IMG/VR virus record: IMGVR_UViG_3300022744_000001 | Span: 383,762 to 447,761 of that record | Direction: 5' to 3' (one strand) | From: a virus | Length of the DNA: 64,000 bases | Shown here: positions 1 to 8,621 of the stretch, one piece after another | Layout: the number at the start of each line of letters is the position of its first letter | How positions within the stretch are numbered: the first letter of the stretch is position 1 | Notes under the pieces: model-generated | Told to the model about the DNA's origin: nothing | What the model saw: the letters and a program-made list of their open reading frames with translations, nothing else | Databases searched by the model: none | Made by a program: the position numbers and the translations under genes

Positions 1-780
1 CTTGGGCTTTTTCGCAGGCGCCGCGGGCTCCTGCTTGGTCAAGACCTTGGTTAGGTCCGAGATGATCTTCTGGACGTTCGGCGGCGGGAGGGTCTTTGCA
101 TCCCCCTTTGGCTCTGGCGCCGTAGGCCCCTCGGGGCCTGCCTTGGCCGCAGGCTCTTCTACAGGGGCCGCCACAGGGGCTTCCTTCTTGGGAGCCTTCT
201 TGGGCTTCTCCTTGGGCCTAGAAAAGACCTCCTGGGCCAACTCTTTCAAGTCCCCCAGAGTCTTCACGCTGGCGGGCAGGTCCTTCTCGAAAACAGAAGC
301 CGGGTAGGCCGGGTTGCCTTCCGCAATCCCGCCTGTGTCCGAGGTTGGGTCGAGCAGCTTCTTGAGGCGAGACTCGAGAGCCGGATCGTTCTTGATCCGC
401 CCCGCAAAATCCCCTGCCTCCTGCTCCCACTTGCTGTTGGGCTTGTAGACCTCGTACTCGCCCCCACGCTCCTTAAGCGTGTCCTTCGACACGTCAACGA
501 TCTTGCCGTCTTCCTTGCGGCGGACCTTGACCTTGTCGGCCTCCTGGTGATTACGAGCAATACGAGCCAGATTGACTGACCCGCCGACGTTCTTGCGGTT
601 CAAGGACAGGTCGGGATCCCGCTTGACGTCCTCGTCATGAAGGTCGGGATCCCGATCAGTGTCCATCCGCTCACGACGACGGTCATGCCGCGGCGGCTTC
701 TTTTTGGGGAGAGGGCGAACAAGGCGCTCGGCCTCCTCGTCCTCCCGCTCCCCAAGGCTCTTGGTACCCAGAACGTCCAT
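1..780 (-). CDS. Hypothetical charged/Pro-rich protein, runs off the left window edge; probably virion-associated
   Basis: Hand translation from ATG at 780 (MDVLGTKSLGEREDEEAERLVRPLPKKKPPRHDRRRE...) is open to the edge; it follows the portal gene; late-promoter-like AACCTATTGGT at 796-806. Confidence 0.7.
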   Translation of the reverse strand, partial: MDVLGTKSLGEREDEEAERLVRPLPKKKPPRHDRRRERMDTDRDPDLHDEDVKRDPDLSLNRKNVGGSVNLARIARNHQEADKVKVRRKEDGKIVDVSKDTLKERGGEYEVYKPNSKWEQEAGDFAGRIKNDPALESRLKKLLDPTSDTGGIAEGNPAYPASVFEKDLPASVKTLGDLKELAQEVFSRPKEKPKKAPKKEAPVAAPVEEPAAKAGPEGPTAPEPKGDAKTLPPPNVQKIISDLTKVLTKQEPAAPAKKPK

Positions 781-804
781 CTACCTGCCCTCGGTACCAA
801 TAGG

Positions 805-2616
805 TTAGAAGCGGCTGTCCTCTTCCTCCGCAGGAGCGTCCTTCTTGACATCCAACCGAAGGTATTTGGCCAACTTGTCCGTGACGTTGGTCTTTTCAGC
901 GAGCATTCGACCAACCTCGCCGTAAACCGCACGCACAACCTCGTTGAAGGTGGCGTCGTTCACCGTGAACATATCGCGCTCAATCTTCTCCTTGGTGTCC
1001 GCCGGATCGATGTTGAACATCTCGAGGATGAGGTCGATGGATACCGACCCCTTCTGGTACAAGTTGAAGAGGGCGTCGTAGGTGTCCTGGCTGTCACGCA
1101 ACGCCAAACGCGTGAAACTCAGCGTTGGGTAAAGGACAACTTCCTGGCCCCACTCGTCGATCTCCACGAAGCCCTTACGACGAGCGATAGGCTTGAAGAG
1201 AGACTCTTCGACGTATTCCTGGATAATCTCCCGGAACAAGAGGTACCTAGTGTTGATGACCTCGAGCTTCACGCGGTCGCCCGCGAAAGTGCTCTCTCCG
1301 TTGAGCAGAGACTCGGTAACCCCAAGACCTGCGTAGAGCTGCTTGTCCGTGATTTCGTACTCGGTGGACAGGTCCAAAAGGCGGTCTCGAGACCCAATCT
1401 CCTCCCAATGCACCTCGTAGTTGGTGACGATCGAGTAGTCGGGGTCTACCAACGCCAGGTCTACCTGCTCGCGCAAGTCATCTGTGTCAACGTCACTGAG
1501 GTTCTCGCCCCAAACCACTCGCTTTGGAGTCATCGCGCGGCTGGCGATGAGCGTCTGGGCCTGACGAAGTTTCTCGCGGTAGTAGAGCGTGCGGAGGCAC
1601 CGGTCGAGAAGGCTCGCCCCCAGCTCCTCTCCCGCATTTCGACGGGCCGCCAGGTGGTAACAGAAGGAGCCTTCATCCGGGTCGGTACCGAGCGGGATGA
1701 GCTTGCCCGACTCGATGTACTCCCGAACCTCTTCGGGCATCTCCTCAACCATCTCCTCAGCCACTTCGTCGCCCGACTTGGCCCGCTCCACCAGTGCACG
1801 ATCCCGGTCGCTCGGGATGAGTTCAATGCGAACTTTGTCAGTGAAGCTGAACGTAGTGAGCTTCACCTGGTCGATAGGCAGGATGACCAACCGCGACCAC
1901 CCCTGGTAGTGCTTCTGGTAGTAGGCCAGCTCCCGATCTTCTCGGTCTGGGCGCTCCTCGAACACTTCTTCTTCGACCTCTTCTCCAGTGCCGTCTTCCT
2001 TGAGCACGGACTTTTTGAGGCGTTGGACGTCATGACCCACGTCGTCAGGCACGTTGACGGTGGAGTCCTCGGCAAAGATGAACACGTTGCCATCAAGCCA
2101 GTAATGGCGGGTAGCCGTGATCAACCTCTGGAAAAGCTTGAGACGCCCGCACATCTGCTTGAAGAACGACAGGATGTAGTTGGCGTAATGGTCAGCGTCC
2201 TTGAACCCCTTGGGTACCTGGGTCGGTTTGGGTTTAGCCAACCGCACCTTCGACATCGGAAGCTCCGTGTGCAGGTCGATAGCCTGCGCCACGATAGGGT
2301 CCGTGTGGTAGAAGTGGCGATAAATCTCGCGCTTTTCACGGAGCGACTGTGGAAGCTCGAGGAAATCAGTAGAGAGCTGAGGTGAGAAGAACGGACTGGT
2401 GCCGGATTGAACCGTGTTGGCCCCGGAGATATTGTCCATCGGGAACCCGCCGGTGCCGATGTTGGCCTTGAAAACCCGGCGAGCCACCTTCTCCTTGTCA
2501 GTCAGGTTGGTGAGTTTGCCTTTGGAAGCGTAGGGCCTCTGCGGGTACCTGCCAGGTACCGTGTTCGCCAAAACGCTTCCAGCCATGCTTACGTTTGTAT
2601 AGCCCTTCGGCATCAC
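805..2616 (-). CDS. Phage portal protein
   Basis: 603 aa; N-terminal 'YRHFYHTDPIVAQAIDLHTELP' and 'TRHYWLDGNVFIF' are typical of large-phage portals; near the terminase. Confidence 0.8.
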   Translation of the reverse strand: MMPKGYTNVSMAGSVLANTVPGRYPQRPYASKGKLTNLTDKEKVARRVFKANIGTGGFPMDNISGANTVQSGTSPFFSPQLSTDFLELPQSLREKREIYRHFYHTDPIVAQAIDLHTELPMSKVRLAKPKPTQVPKGFKDADHYANYILSFFKQMCGRLKLFQRLITATRHYWLDGNVFIFAEDSTVNVPDDVGHDVQRLKKSVLKEDGTGEEVEEEVFEERPDREDRELAYYQKHYQGWSRLVILPIDQVKLTTFSFTDKVRIELIPSDRDRALVERAKSGDEVAEEMVEEMPEEVREYIESGKLIPLGTDPDEGSFCYHLAARRNAGEELGASLLDRCLRTLYYREKLRQAQTLIASRAMTPKRVVWGENLSDVDTDDLREQVDLALVDPDYSIVTNYEVHWEEIGSRDRLLDLSTEYEITDKQLYAGLGVTESLLNGESTFAGDRVKLEVINTRYLLFREIIQEYVEESLFKPIARRKGFVEIDEWGQEVVLYPTLSFTRLALRDSQDTYDALFNLYQKGSVSIDLILEMFNIDPADTKEKIERDMFTVNDATFNEVVRAVYGEVGRMLAEKTNVTDKLAKYLRLDVKKDAPAEEEDSRF

Positions 2617-3074
2617 TCATCCCCGTAAAGGTCATTCAGGTCGGAAACTGGGGCCCCTGACTCAAGCAGGTCCTCAATTACCAATTCCTGATTAGAAGAT
2701 CCGAAAATGCCATAGGAGTCTCGATTCGAACGGGCTGTCTCACGCTGGAGCCTGGCCAAAGCCCTCCGCTTCTCCCACTCCTCTTGCCGTTCTTTTCGCT
2801 CTTGTTCCTCTTGAGCTGCCCGCTTGCTAACAGCAAGAATGCGGTCAACGGCTGCTGTGCGCTTGGCCCCTTGGGTAACCGACCCAGCAAACCGTCGATT
2901 GGCATTGGAGATGGACACGAAGATGCTTGATTGGTCCGACGGGCTCCGGCGAACCTTGAGATAGAGAGCACCGCACACCTGGTTAAGCTTCTCCGCCGTG
3001 GTCACCATCTCCTTCCGGAGTCGGATCGCTTCGGTGAAAAGCTCCTCGGTATCCATGGAGTCAATAGGTTTCAT
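2613..3074 (-). CDS. Hypothetical protein
   Basis: 153 aa ORF overlapping both neighbours by 4 nt (translational coupling). Confidence 0.7.
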   Translation of the reverse strand: MKPIDSMDTEELFTEAIRLRKEMVTTAEKLNQVCGALYLKVRRSPSDQSSIFVSISNANRRFAGSVTQGAKRTAAVDRILAVSKRAAQEEQERKERQEEWEKRRALARLQRETARSNRDSYGIFGSSNQELVIEDLLESGAPVSDLNDLYGDE

Positions 3075-3598
3075 AGAAAGGTCTGCACTCCGAGGAAATG
3101 GTTGTTGCTCGTTTTGGGTACCTGAACAACCACACCGGGACTCAATGCTGGGGCCAAGGGATCGCCCGCCAAAGTCATTTCATCCTCGTTAGTCCAAAGC
3201 CCACGCCGAGAAAAGTACAGGGAGTCTTGGGCACGGTAGACCAAAGACACAAGCGGCCCGCCCCCAGTACGAGAAGCGTAGGTGTAACGCTCATAACTCG
3301 TGGTAGCGAGAATGTTGCTCCCTGTGAGCATCGTGGCGAAGCGGTAATAGGGCTGGTTGCGAGTCATGGCCGCATAGTCGTCGCCAGCCTCGTTCGACCC
3401 CCAAATCAGAACCCCCCCGAACAACCCATTGGAGAACGTCACAACCCGTTCGTCCACTGACGACCCCGACCACTGCACCCCTTGTCCTCCAGGCCACCCA
3501 AAGGAAACCATGTTCTGCGAGACGACCACCGTTTGGGAGTCCCCCTTATGAAACACGACGCAGTCTCTGGATCGCAGAATCTCAGGCATGGGACTCAC
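3071..3598 (-). CDS. Paralogue 1 of a tandem triplet; putative virion structural/decoration protein
   Basis: Shares RxRDC...KGD, GWxGGQGV, T(Y/F)ER(Y/H)TYASR and LxFSxRGxWTxEDE with the next two ORFs. Confidence 0.75.
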   Translation of the reverse strand: MSPMPEILRSRDCVVFHKGDSQTVVVSQNMVSFGWPGGQGVQWSGSSVDERVVTFSNGLFGGVLIWGSNEAGDDYAAMTRNQPYYRFATMLTGSNILATTSYERYTYASRTGGGPLVSLVYRAQDSLYFSRRGLWTNEDEMTLAGDPLAPALSPGVVVQVPKTSNNHFLGVQTFL

Positions 3599-4113
3599 AT
3601 AGTGGTTTGAAGCGTCAGGTAGTAGTTGTTATCTGCGGATGGCACTTGAACCGTGATTCCACAGAACGAGGTGTTTGACCCACGAGGGTCAGAGGAGAGG
3701 GTCCACTCATCCTCCTTGGTCCAATACCCTCGCAGCGAAAACCTCAACCGGTCGGTAGGGCTGTAAACGATCGGTACCAAGGGCCCCGCTTGCCGAGAGG
3801 CATAGGTATAGCGCTCAAACGTCCTGGTGGAGACCACCCAACCACCGAAGGCCGCCACAGCGTACCCATACGCTACCTGCTGGCCAGTGACAGCTGTAAG
3901 TTGGTCAGAGGGCTCGTTAGACCCGTAGAAGATGAAGGCACCAAACGGCCCATCCGAGTAGGACATGAGGAACTCGTCCTTCGTCGAGTCCACCCACTGG
4001 ACGCCCTGCCCTCCCTGCCAGCCGCCAACAACCATGGTCGCGGTAATGGCCACTGGGAAGGTGTCCCCCTTTTTCAGGATGTAACAGTCTCGCTCTCGAG
4101 GGAACTGGGTCAT
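3595..4113 (-). CDS. Paralogue 2 of the tandem triplet
   Basis: Start moved to ATG 4113 (MTQFPRERDC), a TGATG overlap with the upstream paralogue; same motifs. Confidence 0.75.
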   Translation of the reverse strand: MTQFPRERDCYILKKGDTFPVAITATMVVGGWQGGQGVQWVDSTKDEFLMSYSDGPFGAFIFYGSNEPSDQLTAVTGQQVAYGYAVAAFGGWVVSTRTFERYTYASRQAGPLVPIVYSPTDRLRFSLRGYWTKEDEWTLSSDPRGSNTSFCGITVQVPSADNNYYLTLQTTM

Positions 4114-4634
4114 CAGATGGCCACCTGCACACCGAGGTAATACCCCGTCAATGAACTTGGGATTTGGGAAACGTACCCAATGACCCAAGGATTCGGGGCT
4201 CGAGGGTCAGAGGAGAGGGTCCACTCGTCTTCCTTGGTCCAGTACCCCCGCAGCGAAAAATACAGCCGATCGCTCGGGTTGTAGGTGAGAGGTACCAAAG
4301 GCCCGCCGCCAACCCTAGAAGCATAGGTATGACGTTCGTATGTCGTGGTAGAAAGCTGCCAGCCGCCAAAGCACAAAGTAGCAAAGCGGTAGTAGGGCTG
4401 ACTGCGAGTCTGAGCGGTGAACTGATCCGATGTCTCATCGGAACCCCAGATCATGAACCCACAAGGGTTCCCATCCGTGGGCGCAATCCTAAACTCATCC
4501 TTGGTAGAGTTCTCCCAAGAAACCCCCTGCCCACCCTTCCACCCTGTCAAAGCCAACGTCTCGCCCACGACCACAGGTAACGTGTCGCCCTTCACGAGCA
4601 CAACGCAGTCACGAGTACGTGGCTGTTCCGGCAT
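4113..4634 (-). CDS. Paralogue 3 of the tandem triplet
   Basis: MPEQPRTRDC...; same motifs. Confidence 0.75.
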   Translation of the reverse strand: MPEQPRTRDCVVLVKGDTLPVVVGETLALTGWKGGQGVSWENSTKDEFRIAPTDGNPCGFMIWGSDETSDQFTAQTRSQPYYRFATLCFGGWQLSTTTYERHTYASRVGGGPLVPLTYNPSDRLYFSLRGYWTKEDEWTLSSDPRAPNPWVIGYVSQIPSSLTGYYLGVQVAI

Positions 4635-5668
4635 CAGACACTCTCGGTCTCAGGCTTCCGCCCGGGCAAAGAAGCCCACGCATTCACAAGCGTGGACAGA
4701 AGCATGAGCTGCACAGGGTCGCCCTGGTGGATACGCTCCCAGTCCCCCTTTGCCTGCGAGAAAGCTGTGCGAATCACCATGAAGTCGTTGTCGCTAACCA
4801 ACGTTTGCTCCCCGAGCCCATGGTCCACAAACATGCGGATCATGCGGTTAGCAAACGTAAGCGGGGGCGCGGGGCTATCCATATCCGCCGTTTTAGCGTT
4901 CAACTTCTCGAGAACCGAGCCATCTTTGAGGTAGTTCTCCTCGAGAGCCGGAACAAGGTACTGACTCCGAAGGGTTGACGCCTCGTGTCCGACCTCCTCA
5001 GCGGTCATCTCGAGCGCCTCCTTGAACTCGTCCTTGAGCTTCTTCTCGCGCTCCTTCTTGTCCTCGGGGAGCTTGCCGCCACCGCTCCGGATCTTCTGCA
5101 AGTGCTGCTTCATCTGGTCGTTGGCGTGAAACCCACGGAGGTCCTTCGCGGTGATATCGTACTCCTTGAGGTAGTGGTTCACCTCAGAAGCCGTCACGCA
5201 ACCCCCGTCGTACTCAAAGAGGCAGGTCTTCTCCCCCTTCGCGTTCTCGTGGGCATCCTTCAAGGCTTTCAAAATGGCCTTGTCGGTGACTTCCTTCTCG
5301 TGCTTGACGCCGGACTTGCCCACGTACTTGATCGTGGCCTTGCCCTTCCCAAAAGTCACATGGCGCTTCTGCCACCCAGTGACCCCGAAGTGGCCATCGT
5401 CCGCAGACTCGTCATTACCAACGCGCTCGTAGGTGTGATCCATGAGCGCGACGGCCAAAGCCTTGAGCTTCGTCTCAGGGTCGTCGGACTTGATATCCTT
5501 CATGACCTGGGTACGGAGCTTCTCAATCGAGCCTCGGAGCTTCTCAATGCGATCGGCCTTTTCTTTGTGCCTTTTCGCAATTTGCTTCTCCGAATACTCG
5601 TAGACCACCGTCCCGGTATCGAGCTTTTTCTTGCTCTTGTACTTGGCAACGACCTTGAGGAGGCTCAT
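4634..5668 (-). CDS. DNA topoisomerase IB catalytic-domain protein with a C-terminal extension
   Basis: Topo IB catalytic residues in order: RVGN, GKSGV, TAKDLRGFHAN, VGH...RSQYL. Confidence 0.85.
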   Translation of the reverse strand: MSLLKVVAKYKSKKKLDTGTVVYEYSEKQIAKRHKEKADRIEKLRGSIEKLRTQVMKDIKSDDPETKLKALAVALMDHTYERVGNDESADDGHFGVTGWQKRHVTFGKGKATIKYVGKSGVKHEKEVTDKAILKALKDAHENAKGEKTCLFEYDGGCVTASEVNHYLKEYDITAKDLRGFHANDQMKQHLQKIRSGGGKLPEDKKEREKKLKDEFKEALEMTAEEVGHEASTLRSQYLVPALEENYLKDGSVLEKLNAKTADMDSPAPPLTFANRMIRMFVDHGLGEQTLVSDNDFMVIRTAFSQAKGDWERIHQGDPVQLMLLSTLVNAWASLPGRKPETESV

Positions 5669-5674
5669 ACCCCA

Positions 5675-7648
5675 TTACCTCCGAAACGCACGAGGGGTGA
5701 TTCGATCTAGATGGACCCCGTGCGAACGCATGCGTGCACGTTGGTACCCGGCAGAAGTCAAATACCGAGAACTCCCACTCGGGACGAGCCCGCTAGGAGC
5801 TACCAGTTTCATGTTGCCCAGCCGCTCGAGCGAAAGCCACACCGCACGAACGTAAGCGTCTGACATATCGTCGTGGAACCCAGCCGCTTGAGGGGCCTCG
5901 ACTTTGACTTGGTTCCTGGACATCTGGGTCTGCTGCAAAGACAGCAGCTCCCCAATGAGCGGGGAGTGCTTCACCGTCTGGCTTGTGTAGGTGACCGGGT
6001 GATCGTAGAGCACCAACCGACGGTCGAACATCAGCATCTTGGTACTCTGAAACATCTTGCTCGTGGTATCCGTTGTAAAAAACTCACTACGGAACTGCTT
6101 CAGGCCCTTCTTGTGCAAAGCCTGCTCGAGCGGCAACCCGTTCCATCGGTCGAAAAGCCCGTCACTGATGTAGAACTTCTTGCTGAGCGCGTAAATCCAC
6201 TCGGCAATCGCGTCAAAATCGATGCGGTCCACACCGTCCAAGGTTTTTGCGTAATCGGTCGCCGGTGCCACCAGGTGGGGGTTCGACTCTCGCCAGGACT
6301 TACCCGCGTACCAAACCTCGTGATAGTCGAGGACGACTTTGTCCCCCTCAAGGTGGGTGATCGCTACGGTGCTCCCGTCATTCACGAGGCCAACGTCAAC
6401 ACCCATCTGGTGAGGCAAGCGGGGAGGTCCGAACGTCTTCGGTCGCAAATCGAGCTTGATGCAGTCGAGGAGGTCTTGTTCGCGCTCAATCCATCCACGA
6501 CGACGGTCGGTGAAGGCCGCCCCGAACTCGGTATCGAACACCGCCGGGTCCTCATGGTACTTCTCACGAAGGAACGTCGGTTCTACCGTAGGGTTCACCT
6601 CCCAGGTCGGCGCCTGGATGGCGAGCATGTTTTCGGAGCCCTCCGCATTGCTCATTGCGAAGTGGAAAAGCTCGTAGAACTTGCCTGCACGGTTGAGGGG
6701 CGAAGAGATGCAGATCACTCGAGCTTGCACCTCCCCGATCGGCTCCGTTGGGTCATTCGGATGCTTCGGGGAGAACGCCATCGTGGAAGGTACCACGGCG
6801 TCGTAGATGTCCTTCGCCGAGGACACGCCCGTGTCCTGGAAGTGCGCCATCTCGTCAAGGATGACCACGATGTTACCCGAGCCACGAAGGCCCTTCGACA
6901 CGCTCGCTTTGAACGTGACGCGGAGCGAGGACTTGCCGCTGAAGCTCGTGAACTTGCCGTTCTCATGGCGAATCGTCGGCCCGTACTTCTCAATGTCGTA
7001 CGGGGTCCGGAAGTTCACCAACGACTGGGTGTTGTTCGCGATGTACGGCTTGAAGAACTCGCACTTGGCCAAATGGCTCGAGACGTCATTGAACAGCAGG
7101 CCCGCCTGGTCCTTGTCCGTAGCGACCGAGATGATCTGGATACGGTTACCGTTGGGCAACCCGTAGTATTCCTGGGGGTTACCCAGGCAGATCAGTCGGT
7201 AAAGCTCGTAGCTCGCAAAAATCGCGGAGAGCGTGGTCTTACCGCTACGACGACCAATGGGCAGGATGAGCGTCCTGCGCATATGGTCCTGCTCACCGAT
7301 GTTGCACCGGCCCTCAGCATGCAGGTACTTGAGGTACTCCGTTTCGGTAAATTCGTAGAGGACTCGCTGCTTGAAGCGGTCCGTGATGGTGATGGTCTTG
7401 TCGCGGTCGTTGAGGGGTATGTTGTAGTAGAGCTTGACGATGAACCGCTGAACTGGGTAGAGCTTCATCTGCAAACCCCAGGACGCCTCGGCGTACTGGA
7501 GCACGTTGAAGATACGGGTGGTACGACCTTCAATGGTCGTGGCACTCTCGGAGCCTTGACCAGCCGTATTCTCGGCAATGGCTTTGGCTTGAGATCCAGC
7601 GTTTCTGATTAGGGACGCTATGTCCCCTCTTTCCTTGTACTTTGGCAC
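5675..7648 (-). CDS. terL: Terminase large subunit
   Basis: Walker A GRRSGKT, Walker B ILDEMAH, ISSP coupling motif, RNase H-like nuclease motifs GVDVG and HDDMSDA. Confidence 0.92.
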   Translation of the reverse strand: MPKYKERGDIASLIRNAGSQAKAIAENTAGQGSESATTIEGRTTRIFNVLQYAEASWGLQMKLYPVQRFIVKLYYNIPLNDRDKTITITDRFKQRVLYEFTETEYLKYLHAEGRCNIGEQDHMRRTLILPIGRRSGKTTLSAIFASYELYRLICLGNPQEYYGLPNGNRIQIISVATDKDQAGLLFNDVSSHLAKCEFFKPYIANNTQSLVNFRTPYDIEKYGPTIRHENGKFTSFSGKSSLRVTFKASVSKGLRGSGNIVVILDEMAHFQDTGVSSAKDIYDAVVPSTMAFSPKHPNDPTEPIGEVQARVICISSPLNRAGKFYELFHFAMSNAEGSENMLAIQAPTWEVNPTVEPTFLREKYHEDPAVFDTEFGAAFTDRRRGWIEREQDLLDCIKLDLRPKTFGPPRLPHQMGVDVGLVNDGSTVAITHLEGDKVVLDYHEVWYAGKSWRESNPHLVAPATDYAKTLDGVDRIDFDAIAEWIYALSKKFYISDGLFDRWNGLPLEQALHKKGLKQFRSEFFTTDTTSKMFQSTKMLMFDRRLVLYDHPVTYTSQTVKHSPLIGELLSLQQTQMSRNQVKVEAPQAAGFHDDMSDAYVRAVWLSLERLGNMKLVAPSGLVPSGSSRYLTSAGYQRARMRSHGVHLDRITPRAFRR

Positions 7649-7652
7649 AGGT

Positions 7653-8231
7653 CTACCTCAAGGCATCCTGGGCTCGCTCCTCCCACCCCTCCATAGCAGT
7701 CGCGAACCGATTGAAGAACAGTTCCATTACTTCAGGAGTCATGACCTCCTGGGCAACCTCTTTGATAACCTCGACCCACAAAGCGAAGACCCTCTGCATC
7801 TTCTCGCTGCTGAGGTTGATCGAATGCTGGTCAAGCTCTCGAATCTTGAGTTCGATATCCGCAATGCGGCGAAGCGCCTCGATGCGTCGAGCTGAAATCG
7901 TGGTTGGGTCCTTGGCCCGACCAGATTCCGCCTCCAAACGGTCGAAATGCAGGCTGGCAGCCTCTCGAGCGATCTCCCGCTTGATCTCCCGAAGGACCGC
8001 AAAAGCGTCCCCTCCATGGTTGACCACTTTGACGAGCGGGTCGTCGTCGATGAAGTTGTTTCGACGTTCAACCCGAAGCGCTTGGTACTGCGCTTCCGCA
8101 GTCGCGGACTTCGGAGTCAAAGGCCCAGACCGAGCTGGGACCACACTGCGCGGGGTAGGTTGAAACCGGTTCAACGCTCGAGCACCACCCACAACAATCG
8201 CTTCACTCTTTTCATCTTCATCTTGGGGCAT
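7653..8231 (-). CDS. Hypothetical helical protein (candidate terminase small subunit, by position only)
   Basis: 192 aa, directly upstream of terL. Confidence 0.55.
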   Translation of the reverse strand: MPQDEDEKSEAIVVGGARALNRFQPTPRSVVPARSGPLTPKSATAEAQYQALRVERRNNFIDDDPLVKVVNHGGDAFAVLREIKREIAREAASLHFDRLEAESGRAKDPTTISARRIEALRRIADIELKIRELDQHSINLSSEKMQRVFALWVEVIKEVAQEVMTPEVMELFFNRFATAMEGWEERAQDALR

Positions 8232-8234
8232 GAA

Positions 8235-8621
8235 TCACTCCACCGGGTCCGCGCCACCCCCACCCTTGGTCTCAATCAGGTACTGGGAGAGGTTCCGAAC
8301 CGCGTCATAGCCCTTGTCTCTCGGGATTTGCTTGCGGATCGCTTTGGACAAGTCCTTTCCTGTCTCGGCGAGGTTGAGGACCCCCGTCTGATTGGGCTTG
8401 GCCGCGAACAAGTCCTCGGGACGCAAATCCCGACGGTCAGGGTCAACCGTCTCGTCATGCCCATCTCCCATGGGCTTGCCGTGCTCACGAACGATGGCAC
8501 GGTCAATCCCCCGGGGTGGGTTCACCGGTTTGACGAGGTCCTTGTCCTTCTTGCGCTGCCCCGGGGGCTGGTCCGCCATGAAGCGGCGAGCCACCCGGAG
8601 CAACATGCCCGAATCACTCAC
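8235..8621 (-). CDS. Hypothetical protein
   Basis: 128 aa, packed in the operon; N-terminal LLRVARRF. Confidence 0.65.
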   Translation of the reverse strand: MSDSGMLLRVARRFMADQPPGQRKKDKDLVKPVNPPRGIDRAIVREHGKPMGDGHDETVDPDRRDLRPEDLFAAKPNQTGVLNLAETGKDLSKAIRKQIPRDKGYDAVRNLSQYLIETKGGGGADPVE

